Shown in pieces: positions 22,124 through 37,175 of a stretch of DNA of 64,000 nucleotides. Each line of letters starts with the position of its first letter. Position 1 is the first letter of the stretch. The stretch is from Bugula neritina (taxonomy: Eukaryota > Animalia > Bryozoa), in contig OZ037768.1 in assembly GCA_964035545.1 (NCBI GenBank), forward strand, positions 5,922,741 through 5,986,740, in the 5' to 3' direction. Made by a program: the position numbers and the translations under genes. The notes under the pieces are model-generated. The model worked only from the letters and a program-made list of their open reading frames with translations, did not search any database and was not told the origin of the DNA.

Positions 22124-23566
22124 AATGAACCTTTCTAGGAGTCCACTGCAATATGGCTCTCATTTTTCACTTTTAAATGATTACAGCTGACTGCACAGGT
22201 AGTTGGTAGAGCTACATGTATGCAATCTTCATAAGAGTTGCAAGTGTTACAGCCTACAGAACTCTACCATCTATATTACAATATATATGAAAATGTTCTC
22301 AATTTTTGATGGGTTTTTGCTATAAAAATACCTGTGAAATCTTTATTTTTTTATGTAGCAGAAAACAAATAGTTATATACAACATTTTCTATAGCATACT
22401 TGTTATAACTGATATTAAACTGCACGGATGATTAATTTTTAATTTGATCAATTTAGGTTATAATGCACTAATGAATAATACTTCATGATTAGTCCGTAGG
22501 TGTATTCATAATAAATCATGCTACTAGCTAATTATTAGAACAAGATAATTTAATCTTTTATTGACTTTCTCTACAACATTTACTGTAGCTTCTCATAATA
22601 CAACTGCACATAATACTAAGTATATAGATTTACTGGGTGTACAATTTTATTCAATTACCAAGCTTAAAGTTTTTTGCTTCTTGAGTTACAGTAATGGAAT
22701 ACCTTCATATAAACACGAATGCATGCTATCTCAGTAACACAGAATGAACCAAGTATATAGTATTTGTGTATAGAACTGCCTATTGCATATATAGTATAAT
22801 ACTAGTTAGCTAATAATAATGTAGAGTATAATATATAAATTTATATTTAAATATTTAATGTGCGTTATAATTCATTTGCAATAAAGAAAATAACTTTTTT
22901 AGTTGGGATACACATTAAATTTAACTCAGCATTATTGTAGTTTTTGTGTTGAAAAAAATTTGATAGCCTATACTCTATAGCATGAAATATATTTTAACTA
23001 TATTACAACTTGATATACCAGTAGAATGCATTTCTTTACTTTGCCAAATATATTTTATGAATGTGGGTTATAAAGCGCATTTATTAAAGGCAAATGTTAC
23101 TATATTCCTACTGGGGAATAGGTTATCTCACAGCTAATAACTTCATTATTTATTGATATTTGTATTAATTTCTGCTTACCTTTAATAGATTTTCACTTAA
23201 GATTCAAATTACTTAACAAACATAGCAACAGCCTTGAGGCATATTTCTATAAGTACTCAATATAAATAACAACTTGTAAGAGTTTTAAACATTCACTTAT
23301 ATACAACTAAAATAATGGTTGCAACCGTCAACTTTATTTATTTAACTAACATAAAATTATTGTAGCTCTGTTTAAATAAAACTGGAACAAAAATGAAATA
23401 TTAGTTGAGAATTACATTACATACTCTGAATAAAAGTTTAAACATGAATAGCATACTTTAAAAAATATAAATAATAAATAACAAAAGCTATTTCCACAAA
23501 AGGTGTATGCAAACATAGTTTTCCCATTATGACTTCCAGAAGCGTGTTATAAGTCAATAAACTAGC

Positions 23567-26500
23567 TCATTGAACTTCATATACAAATGGTATTTCCTTA
23601 CTTAGAGGCCATTCCGCTAAAACCTTATCAAACATTTCATTTTCAGCTACTGTTAAATGATTCTTCCAATCTCCTATTTTACCTGCAAGACAATAGTAAT
23701 CAAAATAAACTTGGCAGATTTATTGCATAATAATATAAATGCCGGCCTTTTTTAAACTATATTTTGCAATCTTTAGGCAATTTGATTATTTTATTCTTGC
23801 TATTATATCAACTGTGACAATGACTTTGTGTATTGGCAAACTTCCTCTAACTTAAAAACATTGCTTAATGTATAATCACTTAATTTATTGAACAACTTAT
23901 TTTTTCAAATATTTGTCTTTCGTTTATGTCCACATGCATCTAAAAATAATCCAATGCTATCACAAAATCAGAATCAAAGTTGGCTGGAATTTTTGTAAAC
24001 AAATTACTCTACTTTGTTACCCAATAATTGAATTTAAATTTTTTTCTGTCTATAACCAAAAAGACTAAGCCTTTTTCACCAAAATCCAAATTAAGTTTTG
24101 CATGAAAATTAAATGTGGACCACATTCCAATATGGCGCTTTTGGATTTCCTACACATAGGGGATCCGAAAGCACCCTAAATCAATGATAAAAAATAAAGT
24201 AAAAGCCCAAGTTTTATGCTTGCTAGCATTATAATTTACAGCAGCTATTTTAAATGTTCAGTCCTATTACATAACTAATTAAGTAGTATATACTTTATAA
24301 TTTAAAAATATTAAATTAAAACATTTGTAAGGGAGGGGGTTCCACAATTCGTAACTTCTATACATTAAAATCAGAAAAGATAAAAACTTTAAACTTGACT
24401 AATGTTAAATATTTTGTTCATGATTAAATGAAAAAATCATGTTTTTGCTATAAAAATTATATTTTAAGCTTATTTTTTGTATGTTACTTCATTCTATTGT
24501 CTTTTGAACTAAGAAAGACAATTAAAAAAGTTCCTTTCTTGAGTTTTTAGTGGAGAGCAATGCATTACAATAGATCAACTATTGTGAAGCTATTTCAAAG
24601 GAAAATCCTTATTAACAGTTGCATTGCATCGTAATATTTCATAGCTTCAAGAGGAAGCAACTCCAAATAAACTTTCTTTCATTTGCATAGATTGCAAAGT
24701 TCTCAGTGTGTTGTATTTTAGCCATACTGCTGTTTGATTAAAAATATTTTACACTTTAATCAAATATATTTTTAGTTTTTTTAAATATAAAGAATGCTAT
24801 TTGAAATGTACTTGCCTAATTCAGTTTTTATTGTTTTAATGTTAATAATATAATCTTAAATTGAGTTATACATCAACCCATGTGTACATTTAATTTGGCA
24901 TATAAGTTTTCTACAGAAACATTACCTGCAGTTTTTATAATATAACATTATGGGCTATGCGTATATAGTTGTAGCCTGTATGGTTTATGTATCAATTTTA
25001 CAAGTTTCTCTTGTTTCCACAATAGTACATTGAGGGTTGTTGAAAGATGGCCGAAAATAGTGCAAAAAATTGCTGGTCTGTAGTCAAAATTGGAACAACT
25101 GAATATATAACTTAATATAAATTCTCACAGTAAAGCAACACAATAGATCATTTGACCAATTCCTGTCACATGTCTAAATTCCCTGCTTCCAATCTATGAT
25201 TCATGAAGATTTGAAGTGAATCTAATTGTCTATCACCGAACTCTTTAATCACAAACTGTTGAACAATAATGATTTAATACAAGTGTTACTTGTATTGTAT
25301 TGCAGAAAGTGGCTAGTTTCGTGTGACCAAGGAAATGCTTTGTTAATCCAAACTTACAATAGCCGTTTGAGTTTATATTTGATATTAATGATTTTTTAAA
25401 CTTTCTCACCTTTTCTATACATCTGGTCTCTGCGGTCTATAATATGCTGAAGCTACAACACGCAGAGTATAGTTAATCAGGAAATAGATTTTACATGCAT
25501 GACCGCATGAATAATGATAATACTACTGTTGCATCCCAATAATATTAATAATATTCTCTGCTATAAAGCTGTTTTCTATGATATAAAACATGTATTCAGC
25601 ACAATACTCTCAGATTAGGCTGCTATATATGGAAATTATTGCATGCCTATAGTGACTATACAACAGTTTTATATTACTAGTAATCATATAGCAATTTTTT
25701 AGTGTTAAAAGCATGCAGGTGTTGCAATCTGTATCATCCACCATTAATATACAAGTGAAGAGGTTATTGACATTAGAATGTAGATGTAATTTAAGTCAAT
25801 AGCAACTACCTATAATGTATTATTTGGTCTATTGTTTATTCTTTTTTCTATTATTTTTTTTCAAGTAGTTTTGGTTTATAAAATTGAAAAGCTGGTTTTT
25901 ACAAATTCATAAACAACCATTTCTGTCTTATACTCTACTCTCATTTATATTTAGTTTTGTTGTTCATTTTAAAATCACAAACTCTACTTCTATAAGTTTA
26001 ATTTCGACCATCTTAGCTCTTTCACCATCCCGAAGAAAATAGTTGTAGTACCTTTTCCTGAACTGCTACATTGTCGGAGGCACTGCTTGTGGTTCCTTTA
26101 GAGGTTTTCATATTTTGAAACTTTATGGCATCGGATATTTGTTGAATCAGATCTGCATTTCTCTGGGTTCCCATAAACTCATTCAATTTTTCAATATTTT
26201 GGACTGGGTTCTGTAGATGAATTAAAAAATATATTATAAACATGCTGTTGTTCTCTCAACACAATTACAAACTAGACTTTTTTAAATAACACAGTCTATT
26301 ATATAACTTTATTTTTGAAATAATATAATTAAAGCAAAAAACAATCTCATTTTTGGGTAACTTTGAAAGGATCAATGTTGCCTCATGCGAGCCAACTAGT
26401 TTTAATCAATAACATCAATCAATATAATATAGATGCAAGATGTTTATTGCCAAGGTTGGTGCAAGAGTTTACCATGATCATATCTTCAAAGTACATGATA

Positions 26501-27629
26501 AGTGTGTTGGGGTCATCTCTTAGTGACCACATGTATTCAGTGTAGTCAAAGTAACTGCCATACGGTACATCCTTACTAAACAAATACATCTTCAGGTATT
26601 CAGAGAAAGATAGTTGTCCCATCTCCTCCAGACCAGGCAAGTCACCAAGCTAAAAATCACCAAATATACCTTAAATTGGTAATTCCTAGAAGAATCATCT
26701 AAAACTAATACATAGTGGCTGCACTAACCATATAAGTAATAAAAAAGTAAATAACTAATAAATAATAAAAAAATAATAATTAAACAATAAATAACTAGTA
26801 AATAAATAGTTCTACTCACCATTTTACACTCATGATAGTACATAGAAACTGCAGAGTCTTTAGGATTTCTTATCACTAAAAGTAAACATGACAAGCTGGT
26901 AATTTTTGCACATTGTGTTCAGATGTTGACTTATTTGGATTACTTTAACAAAATATAGTCAACTGTATATATTTTACCAACAACAGTTTTTTTCCCTCTA
27001 AAGTCTTTTGGTAGGACATCAAGACGGTAATGAGTGTTTAGAACTCGAGGGGATGGGAATATTTCTACAGCTTTAGAAGGAGGAAACAAATCTATCATAC
27101 AGGCCTCTTTCATGTCATTTATGTACTCAGCAGAACCATTAAGTAACATCATCATTATCTCCCACGCTAAATGTGTACCTAGAAAGTCAACAATTAAGCT
27201 ATATATGATTATAATGAACTTAAAAAGTATCATATGAAAATGCATTGACCAAATTTGCAAAATGCACTTAATGTGTGAAAGATAACAATATTTAGCCCAA
27301 AACAAAACAATTATTTGTGTGCATATTAATGCTGTGTGGTTTAGAAGTTCAGTTGGACGTTTTTAAATGTCTTTTGTTTCATTGTTAAAAATGTGTAATA
27401 AAGTGTAAATAAAGCATATGGTTTATTCTTGTTTCAAGTGTTTACCATTTTTTGGATATGTAGCCAGAAGGAAATCTCCATCATTCCATCTATATTCTTC
27501 TATGTCTTGTCTTAACAGCTTATAGTCAGGCAATGTTGTTCCAATAGCTGCAACTTTTACTGCTCCATCTTCAGAAGAAAAGTATTGGTTTGTTACAGCA
27601 CCTCTCATTGGATGTTGAAAGACATTCAT
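23567..27629 (-). CDS. Cytosolic sulfotransferase (SULT1-like), copy 1, 7 coding exons
   Basis: TYPKNGTH (5'-PSB), SPRVLNTH, RNPKDSAVS (3'-PB), PYGSYFDY, YRKGKIGDWKNHLTVAENE. Confidence 0.9.
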
Positions 27630-30600
27630 TGTAGGTTCGGCTAAAACAAACAGAAAACATGTTCAATATTAGGCTTTAGCAAGTGAGGACTGAAAAGGGC
27701 TGAAAGTTATCGCAATGTTTATATAATAATCAATTCACTGAGCGCAGAAAATAAAATATCTGTTTGCCTAAACAGCCAATAAAAAACAACTTAGCAAAAA
27801 ATACTTTGTTATAACTTAGCATAGCACTGTTGCCTGATTATAAGTTATATTCAAACTTTTCCCTCCCAAAAAAAGCTGTAGTAAATAAAAACTTACTTGT
27901 ATGCAGCAAAATATTTATCACTTTGCATAGATAAATTGACTTTTGAGGTCAGCTATTGGTGCGTTTATGTTTTATTACCTGCAAATCAAGAGGCTCTCCC
28001 GATTTTAAAAATAATCGGAATCTGTACTAGCAATCCAGACTTAAATGATATAAGGAATTGATGTATTGATGTGAAGCCTGTTAAGCAAGTAACTCAGATA
28101 CTTTGTTATTTCACAGGTAGCCTAAAGAGGATGCAGCCCTATAGTACCAGCTGTAAAAGTTGCTGAGATATAGACACAAAACTACGGTTGCAATAGGAAG
28201 GAAGAAAGGGTGGTAATTTGCTGCCTCTCTTCATTAAAACAATAGTTACACTAAGAACCTCACCGGTGGGTCAATAATTAGCACCAGAATTACTGAAGTT
28301 ACTGCATGATTTATTTGCTAGGCATAGGCATCATTTATTGAGGTTTGTTTACGCTAATTGAAACTGAATACTACTAATGTTAAAACTTTTTATCGGAGTT
28401 ATTCCAGCCACCTCGTTAAATGTTGATTTTAGGCCATGCGCATTGGGCGTGGTGCAATGTTGGTTACTTCATCACTGCAACGTCATGCTAGAATACTTGA
28501 CCTATAAATCTATTTATAGTTGCTGCCATGATGACATTGTGTTGTATAGTGTCAAATTTATGACGTTGGCTGCGAAGTAGTGCAGCTATGTGACACGTAT
28601 AACACAGATACAGGAAGTTCATTTGCTGCATCTACACATACAGCACTTTAGTAGTGGGTAACCAACATTAAAAACCCTCATTTAATGAACTTGAGGGTTT
28701 CGACAATCATGAAAAGCTGCTGACTATTACTAAATATTTTAAACAAACTATGTTGGTAAATGCCGCAATCGTATTAATCGCGTATTATATATACAGTAGT
28801 TGCTCAGTCGAAGCTACTAAATAAATACACGTGGCAGACATGCACCGCTCACCAAAACCATCAACAAAAGCCCGTGTACTACATGTATAATATTGCTTGA
28901 AAAGCTAAAAAAGGAACAAGATTTGAACTTTTATTAGACATATGTTTTTTCCCTAAATTACTGTAAAAACTAGTGTTTTGCACTCAATTAAAAAAAATTT
29001 GATTACCCACCAGTTTAAACTTGATCAGGTAAAATTTCAAGTCATTCTATAATTATAGACTATAATTTCTAAAAACTTTTGTTGGGAAACCAGAAATCAA
29101 TGGCCCAACATAGAATTAAGCCAACCATTACATAATTTACTTATTATAATCTTTGATCTAAATTCTAAGAGATCCTCCTGAATTATAAGTACTTTTACTT
29201 GCCTCTAATTTTTTGTTTATTTAAACAAGAAACCAAAAAAAGTTATATAAAAAATTGCAATAGATAATGAATAGAACAGTTTACTTTTTTGTAGTTATAT
29301 AAGCCTGTGTACGACTTTTTAAAATAACTAGCAGCTTTATTATAACATATAAGATACTAAGAAAGCAGTAGGTTACAGACTAAAATATCTTAAATAGCTA
29401 TACGTTAGAATAACTAAATAATCCTTGCTACTAGATGTTAAGTAGCGAAAAAAACTGGAATAAGTAGTATAAGTATAGGGCTGGGCTACAAAATAATTTA
29501 TAAACTAGGCAGCTTGCAATTTATAGTTTAAACCATGCCAAGTTTGTTGAAATCGAAGTATAGGCCTATATGAAAAGTTGCATAAAGAAAGAATATTTAG
29601 CTTCAGTAGATAGCAGTACTTTATAAAACGCTCTTTTGAAAGATCTATAAGCAAGTTATTTGCTGTTCCAATATATTTTTAATTTGAGTAACAGTTTTAT
29701 TTGAATATTACATTGTTCTAACAAATATATTTTATAGCATATCTTCCAATCTACAAGCTGCTTCTAAACTCCAAAGTTCGTTTAGTTCTATTTATGTATG
29801 TGATAAATTGCACTTACCAAATGCAGTACGTATAAAGCTTTTAGATAATATTTTATTTCACTATTCACCAGCTGCTCACCAACACTGGTCAACAACAAGC
29901 CTAAAAGTGCTATCAACACTATCTACTTGATATTGTATCCAACTTTTAATACACTGGGTTCAAAAACGAGAGTGTAACCTATATTTCAACACAATACAGC
30001 ATGTCATTAAATAAGGGCAATGAGCCGTATCTGAATAGGAATTTTGAGATATAACTGGTCATGATAACACTTAAAAGTCTTCCCTGCAAAATGCATTTCT
30101 GGAAGTTAGAAATACAAAGATCCAAGGCTATCTCTAAAGCATATCACAAGCTTACCACTTGGCAGCACACCATTTGTAGCAAAGTAGTAGCAAAGTAGAA
30201 ATACGTATATAACTGTAAATTGTCCAAATTCCAGGAATCGGTCAGCTTTTTAACCTTTCATAGAATACTGAACTAATGACCTTGTTTACTGTAGTGACAA
30301 TCAAAGTAAGCAATTATCAAGTATGCAGAGTGAAGAGATGAGGATAGATATAATGCTAGTATACAGACATCTCTAAATGTACTATTAAGACTGAGTTACT
30401 AACAAATAGCTTGAAGTTGAAGAGATTTTATTGAATAAAATTAGAAACTGGTAACTAACTGCTATCAGTGGCAAACTTCTCTTGTAACTATAGAGCTAAT
30501 CTGAAAAGCAATGATAATATTTCCTCCATTAAAGCCTATAATTGAATCTTATTAGATAGTTGGTTTGTAAACTGCACAAAATATTTGGCTGTACTGTGGT

Positions 30601-32558
30601 TCATCTCAGTGCCTTTTGCTAATTCATCCTTTTTGAAGCAAAACTCCAAGAGAAGTGAATGCATATTATCCATTGCATGTGGACAAAGTTGTCTATTACA
30701 TAGCAGTTTTTAATAGTTATTTCTTCAGCATACATGGGAAGAGCACAACTCTAAACTAAAGTAAATTTGCTTCAGCAACAATATAAGTTCTATACTGCAG
30801 GTAGGGGTTTTGGTAGTTTATACGCATCGAAAAGGGTATAATACAATATATATGAGTGTGTATGAAGGGAGAATGCGAAAAGGAATGTGTAGGGATGTAG
30901 AGAGCTATAGTTAGTCACTGTTTCTTTTGATTCATGTTTATTTATTAAAAAGATTAATTTTAAAAACCACAAGCCTCAAAATATCTGCACATATCATCAG
31001 TAGAGCTTGGTTTGGACGTATAGCATACCTTCCCATAAAGCATCAGCTTTCATAGTTATATGTAGCATAAGAATTTGTCTACTCACATGAGTGCTGAGCG
31101 AAGTAATTGCAAGAAGTAATTTACACATGAATCATCTTCAGTCAACTACATACATTATACAGCAGCTTAGTTACCTCGGTTGAAACTGTATGCAAGTTAT
31201 TAAGGGGTCATTGATGAAATATTTTCTCTGTACAAAGATATCATTGTATGTAGAATGAAAGGTTAACAAAGTAGTTATCAGACTATGGAGATCAACACTT
31301 AGCATAAGCTAATGCAGTAAGTAGCCTTGGCTCTTTAGTTATTCATGGAAACTAAATCAATAGTTTTAACTAAAAAAAATGTTTACATTATTCTAGACAT
31401 CATTAATATATTGCTAAGTCATATCTCTGCATTATCAAAATGATGCTAGTTTTATTTCTGAATTGAATATGTTACAGAAAAATGAAGCAAAAATCCTCAA
31501 CAAGTCTCAGTTTGGCAAGTCAAATGGCTGCTAAGAAACACCACATAACATGCAGTCATCTAAGAAATGATTGGGCTATGTAGTTTATTTAAGTTATATA
31601 TCAAGTAAATTGAATTTATTAGTTGATTATATAGCAATAATAGCATAGAAATGTTAAACTAGCTTACACAAATACAGCATGTTATATCAAACAAAAAAAA
31701 GCGCAGAGTAATTAATAAAACAAAACATAAAAATAAATGTAAATGGCACCCAGCATAAAATACAAATGCACAATCCAACTAGCTAGAATGTAGTAAATTA
31801 CAGTGATGTGTGGCTATTTTTAAGCAGATCCACAAACATCAAAAACTAATTTCTAAAGCTAATTTATAATTTTTAAATTAAGAGCAACAAAACTGCAATA
31901 ACTTTGCATAGAAATGGCAAGGCAAGGGATTACAAAATATATTTAAAAATTCTTAATTTTAATGCTCAATAAAGCAATAACTACAATAGGCAAGTAATTT
32001 TATCCTCTCCAAGATAACCAAATAGAAGAATTTCAAAGTTTTTTGCACTAAAATTTACTATTATAAATTGACCCAATTTTCCTTTTAAAAAGGAGAGCTG
32101 TTTATGTAAGAAAATGCATAAAATGCATACATATATTTACCTGGAATTGGCACAAAATATAAGATAATTTAGAAAAAATAATAGAGAAGTTTAATGAGTT
32201 ACAAAATACAAATCAGCTATGATATTAAACAGACAATATCTTTTATTTGTATACACTTGGCTTTTAAAAAGGACAATTCAAATCAAATATACAACCGTAT
32301 AAAAAGTGCTCTTTAATTATATAAGTGATAGGGGCATACTGGGATTAGATAGTGTACAAGTCTTGTAAAGGCAGCCATGTTTTAGTAGTAGTTATAACAT
32401 CTTCAACCAGATAAATTACAGGTTATTTATACAACTTCAAGTTATTATTTTCTAAAGATAAATTTACACTTGGAAATTTCGTTCTTGAAATGAAATACTG
32501 TTGCCTCATCAATCAACAGCAAGTCAATTGCCTAAAGTACAGAGTAAATGTGAACATT

Positions 32559-35500
32559 TTACTCTGTACTGTCTGCTGGCACTTCATATACAAATGGTAT
32601 TTCTTTGCTCAATGGCCACTTAGCTAGAAACTCATCAACCATTTCATTGTCTGCTACAGTGAAATGGTTCTTCCAATCCCCTATTTGACCTGCAAAATAT
32701 ACGCCAGCAAAATAAGGCTGCAACAAAACCGTGCACACTGACTTACAACAACTGGGCACTGAGTATGTACTGTATATACATGAAGAAGATTTCACTTGGA
32801 GCTGCTCAACAACATGGCATTGTTGAGGTTACAACCCACAATGCATATTCCAGGCGATGAACTAATCCAAACAACAGGTAAAGAGGTGAGAGTTGTGTCC
32901 ACATATCATTTATTTACAGGAACCACAGAAATAGTTATACTGACAGTGTAACTATATGAATAGTTATACTGACAGTATAACTATATGAATAGTTATACTC
33001 CAACAGTTTACCAAGAATTTGTCAATACAGAAGTGACTGTTGCAGATTCACATTGCCATTCAGGCTCAGCTCCAATAAAAGCTACACTCGAAGTTGAATT
33101 TCAAAACTTACCTTTTCTATACATTTGGTCCACTCTGTCAAAAATATTCACAGACTAAAATAAAAATAGAAACACATCCACAAGATTGACTCTCATAATT
33201 TGGACAAATGCCAAGATTAAAGCACAAACTTACACCAACTTCATTGACTGTACATATAAAAATACCATTTAAATTTCCTACAAAACTGATATACTAAATA
33301 AGCAGTGTTTTATTATCTTAAGTGAGTAGCATGTTGGATTATTACAAAGCTGATTGAAGATTTCACAAAGATATTACAAAATAAAACTCCAGTGTCAGCA
33401 AATAAAAACAATAATAAACTTAATTAAAACTTTAAATTAAAAATTAGATATCCCCATTTCTCACAGGAGTTGGACAAAAAGTGATAAGTTTATAATAGCT
33501 CTTACGATAATGTTGCTGGGGAGAACTAGAGTGAAAAATAACAAATATTTTAGATAAATAAATATAAAATATTGATATTATAAACTGTAAAACCCTTACA
33601 CTCTCACTCAATACTGCATTCTGCTTTTTCTGGCTGATTTTTGCAGCTTTCATATTGTTGAAGGAAGTTACATCAGCAATCTGCTGAATTAGTTCAGGAC
33701 TTCTCTGTGTTCCCATAAACTCATTCATTTTCTGAATATTTTCTACCGGATTCTGTTAACACAAACAAAAATTCCTAGTTTCATATTCATGACTATTCAA
33801 TAGAAGCTAATACAGTGCTCTTTCTATATCTCACGGTTCCAGTTCTCACGAAATTCCATGAGTCACTCAAAAGGCTTGGACCCTGTTTTGTGGCTTATAT
33901 ATGTGTGTATAGGGACAAAATAGCCAAATTTAAGGGATCCGTGAGTTATATCTGATAGTCTACTATGTCAAGAATTGAGTTTTTAGGACCTGCAGCTTAA
34001 TGAGGTATGGAGGGAGCAATGTATTTTAAATATTTCAATACTTTAACAAATCAGTACTACTAAACTGAGAAATTTCAAGAGCTTGAATATTTTCAATGAC
34101 CAAAGGTTTATGAATTGTCTTGCTATATCTTACCATTTTTATGTTTCCAAAGAACAGTACCAACACATTTGGATCATCTCTGAGAGACCACATATACTCA
34201 ATATAGTCAAAGTAGTTGCCGTAAGGTCTGTCTCTACCAAAGATATGCATCTTCAGGTACTCAGAGAAAGGTAAATTAGTAAATTCCTCATGTTCTATGA
34301 TGCCCTTAAGCTAAGAATATTATATATATATATACAGTTATAAAAGGTGTTGATAGTAAAGGTAATATCATTCATGAAAAAAACACTCAACTATCCTACA
34401 ATTTCTTAAGTTGATAATTCACACACAAAGTTGCTGTTTCACCTGCCACTTTTAGCAACATTCAAGGACGCAATGCCTTACTCTAAATCAATACAGCTTC
34501 ATGCTCTGCTCTAGAAAGAAGGCAATTCCAACTTTTCTAACAAATAATGACTCGCAAGAGTAGCTCAGCACATAAACATGGAGTATACATAACATACTAC
34601 TTCATGTTATTATATATCTGTAAAATCAGACTGCATAACAGCATATGCACAAAACACCTATCAGCATGAAGAATGTAGGCTAAACATTGGTATAACATTG
34701 GCAATAAAATTGATGAAAAACAATATTCATACATTCTTTCCAATTTAAGTTCATCCTAAAAATTTAAATACCCAACACTCACCATTTTACACTCGTGGTG
34801 GTACGCAGACACTGCTGAATCCTTTGGAGTTCTTATCACTGAAACAACCAATCAAAATGATACACACGCTGCTGTTATGTAACACTGGGAAACAGCAATG
34901 GAGAGAGCATTCTATTTTTATTTACCACTGCCGAAGTTTGTAAGCAATGGCTGTTAACCATGGGCCCACGGTTTCTTTTTGTCAATTTTAAGTTCTAATA
35001 TAACTTAGAAAAATTATATGAGTAAATTTAACAAATAAAGCCAGCTCAAGTGACATTATCAAAAAATAACAATAATCTTGTGTTTACCAACAACAGTCTT
35101 CCTCCCTCTGAACTCTTTAGGGAGAACATCCAGACGGTAATGGCTGTTCAGAACTCGAGGAGAAGGAACTAATTGATCTACTTTAGAGAGAGGAAACATA
35201 TCTATCATACATGCTTCTTTAAACAGTTTGATGTATTCAGCAGAACCTTGTATTAGCATCATCATTATCTCCCACACATAATGAGTACCTGGAAGAATAA
35301 GATGGTTCACATCATCTTGAGTGGAGAAAGAATACAAAAACCTTTCAGTCTGAATATATTTAGGAGCACGATTCAAAGATGTCAGAAATAATCAGATTGA
35401 AATTAATGTATACATCTAAAAAAAGTTCTACAAAAGGGGCATAGTAATCTGTCATTAGATTTTCAGTACCAAGTAGTAAACCTATCAACAACTACTTCCT

Positions 35501-36221
35501 TGAGAAATACCTGAATTCCAACAGCAGACCTACTTATAGCCTTAGAGACACAAAGTGCACAATAGGAATAAGACATGTAACATCTCCTATTGTCTCCCTA
35601 TTATTCTTACTTGTATGTATGCCAGTGATAAAAAGGCTATCAGAAAGATTTTCAAAGATTGCTATAAACTTGGTATTGAGTATCATGACATAGATTTGCA
35701 TATTCAGAAACTAACTAAAGAACTTGCCATCAAATATATAGTAGACGATGACCTTTTCATCAATGAGTTTCTGAGTCAATGCCCCTCTGGAGGATATCGA
35801 ACTTTTAAATATAGAGTAGCATGGGGCAGAGATAGTTTATACGACAGCTTGTAAATACTTTAAATGATCTTTTATTTTAAATAATCCAACAGAGTTCTGA
35901 CTCTCTTCCACTTTTGTTCACATGTCTACTTATTATGGCCAGCATTTACGCTAAATTTCGCAACATGTTTTCATGTCTGTGACATGTAATAAATAAATAA
36001 ATCAATCAATCACACCCAATTTCAACACAAAGCTGTTACACACCATTTTTAAAATAGGAAGAGAGTAGAAAGTCTCTGCTGTCCCACTTGTATTCTAGCA
36101 GATCTCGTCTAAGTGTTGCCAAGTCATCTTTCACACGAGCTGGAACTTTTACTGTACCATCATCCGAAGTAAAGTATTCATTGGTTACTGAAGCACCCCA
36201 GGGATGCTGGTACAATGCCAT
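32559..36221 (-). CDS. Cytosolic sulfotransferase, copy 2
   Basis: SYFKNGTH, SPRVLNSH, RTPKDSAVS, YRKGQIGDWKNHFTVADNE; same exon structure as copy 1. Confidence 0.9.
32928..33000. repeat. 29-bp tandem repeat with a palindromic unit (atagttatactg-a-cagtataactat), about 2.5 copies
   Basis: Direct inspection. Confidence 0.75.
33813..34021 (+). mobile_element. MITE family A, full copy (TA-flanked, CAGTG termini)
   Basis: TA|CAGTGCTCTTTCTATATCTCA ... TGAGGTATGGAGGGAGCAATG|TA imperfect TIRs; homologous copy in a PMS2 intron. Confidence 0.7.
35575..36011 (+). mobile_element. 3' fragment of a CR1-group (Rex1/Babar/L2-like) LINE in sulfotransferase intron 1
   Basis: ISYCLPII..DKKAIRKIFK..IVDD..FINEFLSQCPSGGYRTFKYR..RDS resembles the LPSGRRYR..R..SF C-terminus of this clade. 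It ends in an AATAAATAAA(TCAA)n tail. Confidence 0.55.
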
Positions 36222-37102
36222 TGAGCTGAACTATTACAACTACAAAATACAGGTATCTAAAATAATGAAAATTATTGACTAAGAGGTACAACTGGTAGTG
36301 TTTTTCTCAAACTATGCTGTGCACTCTCAAACTTTTAATTCTAGTTCAGCCCCCTTTGTAGCATTTCTAGCTGATCCATTAACAATCAAACTTCACATTA
36401 GTACTTTTTTCATCCAACATCTTTAACAACTATGGATTTATAGTAATACAAATATTAGGTTCATAATTGTAAACTATCTGAAAATAATAAAATAAACTTG
36501 TGTGTCTAAAGTAGGTGTAGTTTCACCTATATCACCAAATTTAATATTTACCTAAATTGTAGTGAAATTACATTAAAATTCCCATCAGGTTATTATTAAC
36601 TTATTAAAACTTATTAGCCTTGGGGCTGAGCAAGCTTAACATCTAAAGTACCCTGACTAAGACTTTCAATTTGGCTTACTTTTAGGCGTTATCCTTAGGG
36701 CAAGTCAAACTCTAGAATGTAAAAGTTGCAAAATATTCAACTAAGTAAGAACTTTTGTTTTAAAATTGAAAGTACCTACAATTGTTGAATTGTTGAACTG
36801 TAACAACTAAAGTACTAGTGAAAATGAAATAGTTATTACTTATTAGTACCAACTTTTCCCTATGGCTACTGGCAAATTACAACCTGAATCTTGAGTATAC
36901 AATTATAATATTATTATATATGAATAACTATTACATTTACTGTAGTCTATACGTGTAACTATTAGGAAACGATAACAAATAACCAGGGTCAAACTCAAAG
37001 TCAATACAAATACAAAAGCAGTAACTATGAGTTCATCACAATAAAATGACTATGAGTGAATGACAGTCACAGTGAGTGTTGTAGCGTTGAGGTTACCCAG
37101 CA

Positions 37103-37175
37103 GCCCCTGTAGTGTAATTAGTTAGCGCGCCTGCCTGCAAGCCAGAAGTTTGTCGTTCGAATCCCGGTGGGGGCA
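37103..37175 (+). pseudogene. tRNA-like sequence (pseudo-tRNA or SINE head; nominal anticodon GCA)
   Basis: 73 nt with A-box TAGTGTAATTAG, B-box GTTCGAATCC and acceptor stem GCCCCTG/TGGGGGC. Anticodon and T stems are mispaired. Confidence 0.55.

Noticed and set aside
37103-37175. Functional tRNA-Cys gene
   Set aside because: The anticodon and T stems do not pair.
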